Shown: one piece after another, positions 1 to 9,549 of the stretch | How positions within the stretch are numbered: the first letter of the stretch is position 1 | Layout: each line of letters starts with the position of its first letter | Assembly: GCA_965555375.1 (NCBI GenBank) | Contig: CBEWDL010000002.1 | Coordinates: 1 to 45,977 of the forward strand | Origin: an uncultured bacterium | Lineage (GTDB): Bacteria > Zixibacteria > MSB-5A5 > UBA10806 | Direction: 5' to 3' | Length of the DNA stretch: 45,977 nucleotides | Position numbers and translations under genes: made by a program | The notes under the pieces: model-generated | Told to the model about the DNA's origin: nothing | The model's database searches: none | What the model saw: the letters and a program-made list of their open reading frames with translations, nothing else

Positions 1-1
1 G

Positions 2-1906
2 CGCAGGAAGAAAAAAGAACGCGTCGTCGATATAAAGGCCGTTCGCGCCAGTTTCAAGAAAACCATGTCAAGCCTCGATCCCGCCAAACGCAAAAGATAT
101 AGAAGGCCGGATGGGAAGATCGGGGTGGCCGCTGCCGAAAACGCCGATACAAAAATTTTGAAGGTAACTGAGTTTATGACCGTCTCTGAGCTGGCAGGTC
201 TAATAGAGGTAAAACCTGCCGTTCTCGTAGCCAAGTGCATGGAACTGGGTATGATGGCGACTATCAATCAGCGGCTCGATATGGATACCATCGGAACCCT
301 GGCGCTGGAGTTCGGTTTCGGTGTGGAGGAATCCAAGCTCGTCGGAGAAGAAGAAAAAGATATAGACGACGCCGCCGAGATGGAAAGCCGTCCTTCCGTA
401 GTAACAATTATGGGGCACGTGGATCACGGAAAGACTTCGCTCCTGGACCATATACGCGAATCAAATATCATCGCCGGCGAGTCGGGCGGCATCACCCAGC
501 ACATCGGCGCCTACGAAGTTGAGCTTCCCGGAGGCAAAATAACTTTCCTGGATACGCCCGGCCATCAGGCGTTCTCATCCATGAGAGCCCGTGGCGCCCA
601 TGTTACCGATATTGTTATTCTGGTGGTGGCCGCTGACGACGCCGTGATGCCCCAGACTGTCGAAGCTATCGATCATGCCCGGGCTGCGGGCGTTCCAATC
701 ATGGTCGCCATAAATAAAATAGATCTCCCGACCGCCAACGTAGATAAGATAAAAGAACAGCTCTCCAAACATAATCTCATCCCGGAGGAATGGGGAGGCA
801 AAACCGTGATTGTTGAAATCTCCGCCAAAACGGGTCAGGGAATTGATAAACTGCTGGAAATGATTTTGCTTCAGGCCGGCATAATGGATCTTAATGCCAA
901 TCCCCATAGAAATGCTCGCGGCGTCATCATCGAGGCTAATCTCGACCGCGGCAAAGGTCCGGTTTGCACCGTCCTTATACAAAAAGGCACGCTCCGGGTT
1001 GGGGATTCATTTGTGACCGGCACTTACTATGGCCGCGTGCGAGCCCTGCTCAATGAAAGAGGAAATACCGTGAGTGAAGTGCCGCCGTCGACTCCGGTCA
1101 GAATTCTCGGCTCGGGTGGAGTGCCCCAGGCCGGCGACTCTTTCACGGTGGTAGATGGTGAAAGTGAAGCAAGGGAAGTCGCCCGGAAAAGATTCAGGCT
1201 GAAACGCGAAAGGGATTTCCGTCATCTTAGGAGATTCACGTTGACCGAAATATATGATAGGATAAAGGAAGGTGAGATAAGGGATCTTAATCTCATAATT
1301 AAGGGCGACGTAGACGGTTCGGTCGAGGCGCTTTCCGATACTCTGGCTGGAATCCAGCACGCCGAGGTAAAAATAAACGTGATCCACAGGAGCGTCGGTG
1401 CCATATCGGAGTCGGATGTGCTGTTAGCCGCTGCCTCTCAGGCTATCGTGATTGGCTTCCATGTCCGCCCTGAGTCAAGGGCCGCAGAGCTTGCAGCAAG
1501 GGAAAAAGTAGATATTCGGCTATATAAGATCATCTATGAAGTCGTTTCCGACATTAAGGCTGCACTCGAAGGCCTGCTGGCGCCGGAAATCATAAAAGTA
1601 GATGTTGGGGAGGCCGAGGTAAGGCAACTGTTCAAAATACCCAGGCTGGGATTCATTGCGGGAAGTTTTGTGAAGACTGGCAGCGTCAAGAGAGGCGCGC
1701 TGGCAGAAGTCTACCGCAACGATGTTCAGATTGGAGAGGGAAAAGTATCTTCGCTTAAACGCTTTAAGGAAGACGTAAAAGAGGTGTCCGCCGGTTATGA
1801 ATGTGGTATCGCGATCGAAACGCTCTCCGATCTGCAGGAGGGTGATATCATAAAGGTTTTTGAAGAAGTGGAAGAGGCTCGGCGGCTCGAACCGGAAGAA
1901 AATTGA
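2..1906 (+). CDS. infB: translation initiation factor IF-2 (5' end outside window)
   Basis: GTPase motifs [14 protein letters not shown] and NKID. The frame stays open upstream of the first Met back to base 2 ([21 protein letters not shown]), so the N-terminus is cut by the window edge. Confidence 0.95.
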   Translation, partial: RRKKKERVVDIKAVRASFKKTMSSLDPAKRKRYRRPDGKIGVAAAENADTKILKVTEFMTVSELAGLIEVKPAVLVAKCMELGMMATINQRLDMDTIGTLALEFGFGVEESKLVGEEEKDIDDAAEMESRPSVVTIMGHVDHGKTSLLDHIRESNIIAGESGGITQHIGAYEVELPGGKITFLDTPGHQAFSSMRARGAHVTDIVILVVAADDAVMPQTVEAIDHARAAGVPIMVAINKIDLPTANVDKIKEQLSKHNLIPEEWGGKTVIVEISAKTGQGIDKLLEMILLQAGIMDLNANPHRNARGVIIEANLDRGKGPVCTVLIQKGTLRVGDSFVTGTYYGRVRALLNERGNTVSEVPPSTPVRILGSGGVPQAGDSFTVVDGESEAREVARKRFRLKRERDFRHLRRFTLTEIYDRIKEGEIRDLNLIIKGDVDGSVEALSDTLAGIQHAEVKINVIHRSVGAISESDVLLAAASQAIVIGFHVRPESRAAELAAREKVDIRLYKIIYEVVSDIKAALEGLLAPEIIKVDVGEAEVRQLFKIPRLGFIAGSFVKTGSVKRGALAEVYRNDVQIGEGKVSSLKRFKEDVKEVSAGYECGIAIETLSDLQEGDIIKVFEEVEEARRLEPEEN

Positions 1907-2188
1907 ATGGTGGTGGCCGTCCTGAAAATAGCTCTTTCCATACCTCAGGCCAATTCCCTCAAGGATAAAAGGCGAGTCATCAAGAGCGTAAAGGATAGAC
2001 TTCGGAACGGATTCAATGTCTCCGTTGCCGAAATAGGAGATCAGGACATCTGGCGATCCGCCAGGCTGGGCGTGGCGGTTATATCGGAGGATTCATCTTA
2101 TGCAAACGGCGTTCTTTCGAGAATACAGGATATTATGAGTAATCTTAAAGACGCCATCATGACCCATTGCGAATTGGAGTGGCGCTAA
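1907..2188 (+). CDS. DUF503 (YlxP-like) protein
   Basis: A 93-aa ORF starting directly after the infB stop (TGA-ATG), in the usual infB-DUF503-rbfA position. The N-terminal pattern LxIxLxIPxxxSLKDKR is typical of DUF503. Confidence 0.8.
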   Translation: MVVAVLKIALSIPQANSLKDKRRVIKSVKDRLRNGFNVSVAEIGDQDIWRSARLGVAVISEDSSYANGVLSRIQDIMSNLKDAIMTHCELEWR

Positions 2189-2189
2189 A

Positions 2190-2546
2190 ATGGATTTCTC
2201 CAGAGTTGACAGGCTGCAAAGCCAGATGGTCAGGGACCTGGCCGCTGTGATCGCGGAGGATCTGAAGGACAGCATCCCTTATATGCTGACCTTCACCAGG
2301 GTCGAGATAACGAAAGATTTAAAATACGCCAAGGTATTCTTTTCGGTATTGGGCAAAGAAAAGGCTGTCGAGGAAAGCCTCGATTTTCTAAAGCGCCACA
2401 ACGGCATAATCAGAAAAATGCTCGGAAACAGGATGAGGATAAGACGCATCCCCGAGCTATTATTTAAATACGATGGCTCCACTGATCATGTGCTGCGGAT
2501 AAACGAACTCCTGAAGGAATCAAAAAAACGTGAAAACGATAATTGA
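2190..2546 (+). CDS. rbfA: ribosome-binding factor A
   Basis: A 118-aa ORF with an RbfA-like sequence (RVxxxxxxxLAxxI...VEITKDLKYAKVFFSVLG) in conserved synteny. Confidence 0.9.
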   Translation: MDFSRVDRLQSQMVRDLAAVIAEDLKDSIPYMLTFTRVEITKDLKYAKVFFSVLGKEKAVEESLDFLKRHNGIIRKMLGNRMRIRRIPELLFKYDGSTDHVLRINELLKESKKRENDN

Positions 2547-3510
2547 AATAGATCGAATACTCTCGACTATAGAAAAGAATAATAAATTTCTGATAACTTC
2601 CCACATGGATCCCGACGGAGATTCGATTGGGTCGCAGATGGGACTTTATCACGCATTAAGAGACAACGGTAAGGAAATTGTAATAGTCAACCAGGGTGTC
2701 ATACCAGCCAAATACAATTTCCTCGATCCCGAGGGCGTCATCAAGTCTCGACCCGAAGACATTGAATTTGAGCCCCGGGTCGTGTTCATAATTGAATGCC
2801 CGTCGTTGGAAAGAATAGGTTTCGTCCGAGACCTGATCCCCGAATCGGCAATTACGATTAATATAGATCATCACCCCGATAATTCTCAATACGCCGATAT
2901 CAATCTGGTAGATTCCGAAGGCTCCGCCGCCGGCGAGATCGTTTACTTCATACTGAAATCGGGTGGATATGAGATTAATCCGGAGATTGCCAGGCAATTG
3001 TATGCCGCCATCGCTGCCGATACCGGCGGTTTTCGCTTCAGATCGACTACCGCCCGGGGGATGAAGGTCGCCTCCGAATTGATCCAGCGGGGCGCCGATC
3101 CCAAGTTAATATCTGACCGCCTCTTTAACAACTTCTCCCCGGAAACGATCCGCCTGCTGGGTAATACTCTCGCCAGCCTGAAGCTCGAAGCTGATGGCAG
3201 AATCGGCTACGTGACGGTCACCCTTGATGATCTAAATAGATCGAGCGCCGAGCTGGAAAACTCAGAGGGGTTCGTAGATTTCACTCTGGCGATTTCCGGA
3301 ATCATGCTGGGCATCTTATTTAAAGAGGTCTCTGATGATATAGTCAAGGTTTCGGTTCGCTCGCAGAACGGCTTTGATGCGGCTGCATTCGCCAGGACGT
3401 TCAATGGGGGAGGGCATACTAATGCCGCGGGGTTCACGCAACGGGGCCAACTGAACAGCATCGTCAACCGAGTGATCTCTAAAGCGAAGGAGTTCGTAAT
3501 TGGCGATTAG
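2530..3510 (+). CDS. DHH/DHHA1 family phosphoesterase (NrnA-like oligoribonuclease/pAp phosphatase)
   Basis: Motifs HMDPDGDSIGS, NIDHH and a C-terminal GGGHxxAAG. GTG start at 2530. Confidence 0.85.
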   Translation: MKTIIEIDRILSTIEKNNKFLITSHMDPDGDSIGSQMGLYHALRDNGKEIVIVNQGVIPAKYNFLDPEGVIKSRPEDIEFEPRVVFIIECPSLERIGFVRDLIPESAITINIDHHPDNSQYADINLVDSEGSAAGEIVYFILKSGGYEINPEIARQLYAAIAADTGGFRFRSTTARGMKVASELIQRGADPKLISDRLFNNFSPETIRLLGNTLASLKLEADGRIGYVTVTLDDLNRSSAELENSEGFVDFTLAISGIMLGILFKEVSDDIVKVSVRSQNGFDAAAFARTFNGGGHTNAAGFTQRGQLNSIVNRVISKAKEFVIGD

Positions 3511-4447
3511 AGACGGCATTATGCTCATAGACAAGCCGGCCGGAATGACATCTCACGATGTCGTCGATTTTCTTCGCGGTCAGTTGAAGATCAGGCGTGT
3601 AGGCCATACCGGTATCCTCGATCCTAATGCCACGGGGTTGATGCTGATGCTTATAGGCAAAGGAACTAAATTTTCCAGCTTCCTTACTTATATGCCCAAA
3701 CGATACGTCGCTAGGTTTGCATTCGGGGCTGCAACCGATACATTTGACGCAGAAGGGAAAACCGTATCCCGCGCCGAACCCGGAGACCTGAAGAGAGCTG
3801 ACTTTGAAAGGATACTACAGGGCTTTCTTGGCGAGATCGAACAAGTCGTCCCGCCATTTTCGGCCGCCAAAAGAGATGGGGTCCCGCTGTACAAACTGGC
3901 GAGAAAGGGTAAGACTATAACTCCTCGCCATAAGATGGTAAAAATCGATAGTATCGAGATTGTAGAATTCGATTGGCCGGAGGTCGCCCTCGATATCTCA
4001 TGCTCCCCCGGAACCTATGTAAGAAGTATGGCACACCAGATGGGAGAGATAGCGGGATGCGGCGCCCATCTCAAAAACCTTCGCCGTCTCAAGGTCGGTC
4101 ACTTTCATGTCTCGGCCGCTTTGACACCTGAAGAGGTCTCCAGAACGGACGATCTATCCCGGATTATAAGACCTCTCAAAGATGCGCTGCCGATGAATCC
4201 GGCCATACATATTAAACCTCAATATTACGGCGCCGTGCTCACCGGCCGCCCGCTGGTGAAGAAATATATAGCGGAAAGCAATTACTCCGGCGACGGGGAT
4301 ATTCTTTCGATGCTGCTGGGGCCTGACGATAACGTCCTGGCGCTGGCCAGGCTGAATATGCTCTGGAGGGCAATCGACAGGCTTGGCCCCTCTGAAATTA
4401 TGGGAACCTATGTGAGGGTGATTGATGAAGGTCATCTCAGGGCTTGA
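3500..4447 (+). CDS. truB: tRNA pseudouridine(55) synthase
   Basis: LIDKPAGMTSHDVV and GHTGILDPNATG motifs. TTG start at 3500 lies 7 nt after GAAGGAG. An alternative ATG is at 3521. Confidence 0.9.
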   Translation: MAIRDGIMLIDKPAGMTSHDVVDFLRGQLKIRRVGHTGILDPNATGLMLMLIGKGTKFSSFLTYMPKRYVARFAFGAATDTFDAEGKTVSRAEPGDLKRADFERILQGFLGEIEQVVPPFSAAKRDGVPLYKLARKGKTITPRHKMVKIDSIEIVEFDWPEVALDISCSPGTYVRSMAHQMGEIAGCGAHLKNLRRLKVGHFHVSAALTPEEVSRTDDLSRIIRPLKDALPMNPAIHIKPQYYGAVLTGRPLVKKYIAESNYSGDGDILSMLLGPDDNVLALARLNMLWRAIDRLGPSEIMGTYVRVIDEGHLRA

Positions 4448-5351
4448 TAAACTGGAATCAACGAGCCTTTCCAATGCCGCCACAACCATCGGCACTTTCG
4501 ATGGCGTGCACCTGGGACATAAGAGGATCGTTGAGGTCTTGCTGGAAAAAAGCAAGAGTATGAATCTCAGATCGGTATTGGTGACCTTTCACCCGCATCC
4601 GCAAATGGTGCTTGGCAAAAGAGGGCCGACGGAGATCCTGACGACGCTGGATGAAAAACTTGAGCTTCTGCGCGCTGCGGGAATCGGGATTGTTATAGTC
4701 CTGGATTTTAATCGACAGCTTGCTTCTTACCCGCCGGAGGATTTCGTTCGGGAAATCTTGATCAAAAGACTCGGTATGAAGGCTCTGGTTATAGGATACG
4801 ATCACGGTTTTGGGAAGGATCGCGCCGGCAATAGCGCGCTTCTGGAAAAAATGGCAAGAACCGAGGGTTTTCATTTCACCGTGGTGCCCGAATTTAAGGT
4901 CGACGGTCGGACCGTGAAATCAACTGTCATTAGAAAAGAATTAAAATCGGGCGATTACCGGAAGGCCAGAGACATCCTGGGATATAATTACTTGATTTCC
5001 GGCAAAATCATCAAGGGGCATGGCGTCGGTAAAACACTCGGCTTCCCGACCATCAATCTTGCCGTACCTCCCGTGAAACTCTTACCAAAAGAAGGAGTTT
5101 ATGCCGCCCGGGCGCGGTTCGACGACAGCGAATTCGACGGTATGGCCTACATCGGCGGGCGTTTGACTTTTGGCGATACGGCGCTTTCTGTGGAGATAAA
5201 TCTTTTCGATTTTTCCGGTCGGGTCGAATCCGATAAGATCCTTTTGGAGTTAAAAGAGTTTATCAGACCGCCGGCGAAATTCGAATCGTCCGAAAAACTC
5301 GCTGAAAAAATGAAAAGTGACGAAATGGAAATAAAAAAGAGGTTCGGATAA
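4422..5351 (+). CDS. ribF: bifunctional riboflavin kinase / FAD synthetase
   Basis: GTFDGVHLGH motif, a C-terminal riboflavin kinase region (GKTLGFPTINL), and its position after truB. Confidence 0.9.
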   Translation: MMKVISGLDKLESTSLSNAATTIGTFDGVHLGHKRIVEVLLEKSKSMNLRSVLVTFHPHPQMVLGKRGPTEILTTLDEKLELLRAAGIGIVIVLDFNRQLASYPPEDFVREILIKRLGMKALVIGYDHGFGKDRAGNSALLEKMARTEGFHFTVVPEFKVDGRTVKSTVIRKELKSGDYRKARDILGYNYLISGKIIKGHGVGKTLGFPTINLAVPPVKLLPKEGVYAARARFDDSEFDGMAYIGGRLTFGDTALSVEINLFDFSGRVESDKILLELKEFIRPPAKFESSEKLAEKMKSDEMEIKKRFG

Positions 5352-5363
5352 GGAGGCAGTTAA

Positions 5364-5633
5364 TTGGCTCTGGCGAAAGATAAGAAACAGAAATTAGTCG
5401 GCCAATATCGGTTGCATGATACCGATACGGGTTCTGTCGAGGTACAGGTGGCCCTTCTGACAACACGGATCGAGGAGTTGACCGAGCACCTGAAAGCTCA
5501 CAAGAAAGACCTTCATTCTCGGTACGGGCTCTTGAAGATGGTTGGAAAACGGCGCCGGCTTCTGGAATATTTGAAGACAAACGATCTGGAAGCTTACAGG
5601 GCTTTGATTGAAAACCTCGATCTGAGGAAATAA
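5364..5633 (+). CDS. rpsO: 30S ribosomal protein S15
   Basis: An 89-aa ORF with the [35 protein letters not shown] signature. AAGGAGG lies upstream of the TTG start. Confidence 0.95.
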   Translation: MALAKDKKQKLVGQYRLHDTDTGSVEVQVALLTTRIEELTEHLKAHKKDLHSRYGLLKMVGKRRRLLEYLKTNDLEAYRALIENLDLRK

Positions 5634-5659
5634 CAAATCGCATTGGCGGAGGATAGACT

Positions 5660-7786
5660 TTGGAAGTTTTTGAGTTTCAATTAGATGATGGTCGCGTAAT
5701 AACAATCGAAACGGGCCGGGTGGCCAAACAGGCCGGTGCCTCGGCGCTTGTCCGCCTCGGAGATACTATGGTTCTCGCGACCGTTACCAACGCGCCCTCA
5801 CAGCAGGAACGTGATTTCTTCCCGTTATCGGTGGATTACAGGGAGAAATCATACGCCGCCGGGAAAATACCGGGCGGGTTTTTTAAGCGGGAGGGAAGAC
5901 CCAGCGAAAAAGAGATCCTTTCAGCTCGCCTGTGCGATAGACCGTTGAGACCGCTTTTCCCCGACGGTTTCACCGATGAGGTGCAGGTCATGATACAGGT
6001 TCTCTCCTCTGACCAGGAAAACGACGGTGACGTCCTCGGGATTATCGGAGCCTCCACGGCCTTGTCGATCTCCTCAATTCCTTTCTTCGCTCCCATAGGA
6101 GCCGTCAGGGTCGGCAGGATCGATGGTAAGTTTGTGGATTTCCCACAGTTTTCGGATCTGGAACGATCCGATATGAATATCGCCATAGCCGGTACCTCCG
6201 AATTTATCAACATGGTGGAAGGCGGCGCGCAGGAAATCACTGAAAAAGAAATGCTCGATGCCCTGGCTTTTGGACATGAGAAGATTAAAAAAATCGCCGA
6301 CATCATTGAAGAAATGAAAACCAGATTGGGTAAGCCGAAACTGGAAGTTCAGCAGGTCGAGTTCGATCCCGAGCTAATCGCCGCAGTAACCGGGATGGCC
6401 GAGGATAGGATCAAACAGGCTAACAGGAGAAGAGAGAAGGCCGATCGTAGCGAAGCCGTGAACAACATCAAGGCCGAAACCATCGAGGCTTTATCCGAGA
6501 AATTCCCCGAATCTGACACAGCCATAAAGGCCGTCATCGAAAAAATCGAAAAAGAAGATCTCAGGAAGATGATTCTGAGTGAGAGTATCCGTTCCGATGG
6601 CCGCGCTCTTGAGGATGTTCGGGATATTTCGATAGAGATCGGAATGCTCCCCAGGACTCACGGTTCATCCCTGTTTACCAGAGGGCAGACTCAGGCCCTG
6701 GTCGTGCTTACTCTGGGAACGAAGATAGATGAACAGAAGATCGATGATCTTCTCGGTGAGTCGTTTAAGAGTTTCATGCTCCACTATAACTTCCCACCGT
6801 ATTCCGTCGGCGAAGTCCGGCCGATACGGGGGCCGGGAAGGCGCGAGATAGGCCACGGAGCGCTTGCAGAGCGCTCTTTGGAACCGGTCATACCCGCGGA
6901 GGAGAATTTTCCCTATACAATTAGAATCGTTTCCGACATTCTGGAATCGAACGGCTCATCCTCTATGGCAACCGTATGCGGCGGCTCCCTTAGCCTGATG
7001 GATGCCGGCGTGCCCATCAAGGCTCCGGTAGCGGGGATCGCTATGGGGCTGATCAAGGAGGAGGATCGGATCGCCATCCTGACCGACATACTCGGCATAG
7101 AGGACCATCTGGGGGATATGGATTTCAAAGTAGCCGGCACGGCTGACGGCATCACCGGCTTCCAGATGGATATCAAGATCTCCGGTCTCACCCTGGACAT
7201 TATGGCAAAGGCCTTAGAACAGGCGCACAGGGCGCGGCTTTTCGTAATCGGCAAGATGTGTGAGGCGATATCGAAACCTCGCGGTGAGCTCTCGCCATAC
7301 GCTCCGAGGATCATCACTCTCAAGGTTCCCGTTGACAAGATCGGGGATATAATCGGCCCGGGCGGCAAGATCATCAGAGGCATTATCGAAGCCACCGGTG
7401 CCAAGATCGATATCGATGATGACGGCACTGTGATTATCGCTTCCGTGGATCAGCTCGCCGGCGAAGCGGCACGCGATAAGGTTCTCGAGCTTACTGAAGA
7501 ACCCGAGATCGGAAAAATCTATACGGGCAAGGTAAAACGGATTACCGCCTTCGGAGCATTTGTGGGGATTTTGCCGAACGTCGACGGCCTTCTGCACATT
7601 TCGGAAATCGACAATTATCGGATCGCCAGGGTAGAGGATGTCATAAATATCGGCGATGAAATCAAGGTCAAGGTAATCAATATCGATGAAGAAGGTAAGG
7701 TGCGTCTTTCCAGAAAGGCTCTCCTGCCAAAATCCGGTTACGAAAGCAACGCCAAACCCGGGCGACCGAACCGTTCACGGAGATAA
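5660..7786 (+). CDS. pnp: polyribonucleotide nucleotidyltransferase (PNPase)
   Basis: A 708-aa ORF with two RNase PH domains, a KH domain (GPGGKIIRGI) and an S1 domain (GKVKRITAFGAFV), located after rpsO. Confidence 0.97.
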   Translation: MEVFEFQLDDGRVITIETGRVAKQAGASALVRLGDTMVLATVTNAPSQQERDFFPLSVDYREKSYAAGKIPGGFFKREGRPSEKEILSARLCDRPLRPLFPDGFTDEVQVMIQVLSSDQENDGDVLGIIGASTALSISSIPFFAPIGAVRVGRIDGKFVDFPQFSDLERSDMNIAIAGTSEFINMVEGGAQEITEKEMLDALAFGHEKIKKIADIIEEMKTRLGKPKLEVQQVEFDPELIAAVTGMAEDRIKQANRRREKADRSEAVNNIKAETIEALSEKFPESDTAIKAVIEKIEKEDLRKMILSESIRSDGRALEDVRDISIEIGMLPRTHGSSLFTRGQTQALVVLTLGTKIDEQKIDDLLGESFKSFMLHYNFPPYSVGEVRPIRGPGRREIGHGALAERSLEPVIPAEENFPYTIRIVSDILESNGSSSMATVCGGSLSLMDAGVPIKAPVAGIAMGLIKEEDRIAILTDILGIEDHLGDMDFKVAGTADGITGFQMDIKISGLTLDIMAKALEQAHRARLFVIGKMCEAISKPRGELSPYAPRIITLKVPVDKIGDIIGPGGKIIRGIIEATGAKIDIDDDGTVIIASVDQLAGEAARDKVLELTEEPEIGKIYTGKVKRITAFGAFVGILPNVDGLLHISEIDNYRIARVEDVINIGDEIKVKVINIDEEGKVRLSRKALLPKSGYESNAKPGRPNRSRR

Positions 7787-7789
7787 TTT

Positions 7790-9058
7790 GTGAAGGCCAT
7801 CGAGTCGGCAACCTATCAAAAGACAATTCTGCCCAACGGCGTCAAGGTTATAACGGAGACGATACCGTATGTCCGCTCTGTATCGCTCGGCTTATGGATT
7901 GATGTCGGTTCAAGGGACGAACCGAATCAATCGTCCGGGATATCGCATTTCATCGAGCATATGGTCTTCAAGGGAACTCAAACAAGAAGCGCATCCGAGA
8001 TCGCCTCCTGCCTTGAATCTGTTGGCGGCGTGCTTAACGCTTTCACCGGTAGGGAGCAGACCTGCTACTACGCTAAATTCCTCGATGAGCATCTCGGAAA
8101 AGCGGTGGAGATATTATTCGATCTGACAAGCAATCCCATTTTCGAGAATTCCGACATCGAAAAAGAAAAGAAGGTGGTTTTAGAGGAAATCCGCGACATT
8201 GAGGATTCCCCCGGCGACCTGATTCATGATCTGTTTGCCGGCGCCATATTTGGCAGCCACCCTCTCGGTCGCTCTATACTGGGCAGTAGAGGCACCGTGA
8301 TGGGCATGAATCGCTCGAAGGTCCTCCGGTATATGGGAAGGTCTTATAGTCCGAATAAAATCATTGTCGCAGCCTGCGGAAATCTGCAGCATAAACGCCT
8401 GGTACAGCTAACCAATAAATATGTCGATCCGAGAATTCTGCCCGACTCTCCCGATGGTCGAAAGAAACCGACATTCAAGCCAAATCGGAAAATCTGCAGG
8501 AGAAAAACCAACCAGACGCACGTCTGCCTTGGCCTGCCAGCCAGAGAGTTCACCCACAAATCGAGAACGGCTTTATTGCTACTGAACTCAATCCTGGGCG
8601 GAGGGATGTCATCGAGACTCTTTCAGCGTTTAAGGGAGGATCTGGGCCTGGTTTATAACGTCTTTTCATACCTCGATTTCTTTGCAGACAACGGCATTTT
8701 TGGCATCTATCTTGGTACAAGTAGAAAAAATGTCAAGAAGGCGTTGGCGGCGGTCAGAAAGGAAATAGACGATATCACCGGCAGCAAATTATCCAGGATG
8801 GAAATCGAAAAAGCTAAAGAGCAGTTGAAGGGAAACCTCATGCTGGGATTGGAGAACACCTCCAACAGGATGACCCGTCTGGCCAAGCACGAGCTTCTGG
8901 CCAATCGTTATATCAGCCTGGATGAAACGGTTACCAACATAGACATAGTCAAGCCTGAAGAGGTCACAGAAATCGCTGGTGAGATTTTTCAGAATAATGA
9001 ATTTTCAGCGGTCACTCTCGGCCCGGTAAAGGGCAATATATATTCCGCTCTGGAGTAA
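7790..9058 (+). CDS. M16 family (pitrilysin-like) zinc peptidase
   Basis: Inverted zinc motif HFIEH followed by MVFKGT. 422 aa. Confidence 0.9.
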   Translation: MKAIESATYQKTILPNGVKVITETIPYVRSVSLGLWIDVGSRDEPNQSSGISHFIEHMVFKGTQTRSASEIASCLESVGGVLNAFTGREQTCYYAKFLDEHLGKAVEILFDLTSNPIFENSDIEKEKKVVLEEIRDIEDSPGDLIHDLFAGAIFGSHPLGRSILGSRGTVMGMNRSKVLRYMGRSYSPNKIIVAACGNLQHKRLVQLTNKYVDPRILPDSPDGRKKPTFKPNRKICRRKTNQTHVCLGLPAREFTHKSRTALLLLNSILGGGMSSRLFQRLREDLGLVYNVFSYLDFFADNGIFGIYLGTSRKNVKKALAAVRKEIDDITGSKLSRMEIEKAKEQLKGNLMLGLENTSNRMTRLAKHELLANRYISLDETVTNIDIVKPEEVTEIAGEIFQNNEFSAVTLGPVKGNIYSALE

Positions 9059-9167
9059 ACGAAGCATTCCATAAGGCTTTCGAGAGTGAATCCAATATTG
9101 CCGTCTATTAACCGGGGTGGTATAATCATGAGAGTTAGAAAATTATTGCTTCACGAGGGAACTCTCG

Positions 9168-9533
9168 ATGAATAATCTTTCTTTTAAGCGATTCTTAATC
9201 AGGATGCTAATTACCAGCGCGGCCGTTCTCGTAGTCGTTAAGATACTGCCCTGGGCAGAGGTCAGCGATCCGGGCGCGCTAATAGTCACAGCGCTGCTTC
9301 TGGGCATATTCAACTCCGTTCTCAGGCCGCTTCTCATAATTCTTACTCTGCCGATAAACATATTAAGCTTCGGTCTGTTTTTATTCATTATCAATGGGCT
9401 GATTCTTTACCTGATCGCAATCCTGGTTCCGGGATTCGAGATAAGCAGCTTCGGCGCGGCTGTGCTGGCATCGATACTAATCTCAATCACCGCCGGGACA
9501 ATCAACTGGATGATACGGGATAAGAGGCATTAA
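9168..9533 (+). CDS. small 4-TM membrane protein, DUF360 / phage-holin-family-4-like
   Basis: A 121-aa ORF with four hydrophobic segments and the NSVLRPLLxxLTLP motif, as I remember this family. Confidence 0.7.
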   Translation: MNNLSFKRFLIRMLITSAAVLVVVKILPWAEVSDPGALIVTALLLGIFNSVLRPLLIILTLPINILSFGLFLFIINGLILYLIAILVPGFEISSFGAAVLASILISITAGTINWMIRDKRH

Positions 9534-9549
9534 AAGAGCGAGTTGGCTA

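Noticed and set aside
5836-7428. Several 127-171-aa - strand ORFs within pnp (and similar ones inside infB, leuS and the RND gene)
   Set aside because: They are antisense to confidently identified housekeeping genes and have biased composition typical of shadow ORFs.
9168-9533. A holin-family annotation as evidence of a prophage lysis cassette
   Set aside because: The gene is isolated between an M16 peptidase gene and leuS, with no endolysin or other phage gene nearby. DUF360-type proteins are widespread chromosomal membrane proteins.
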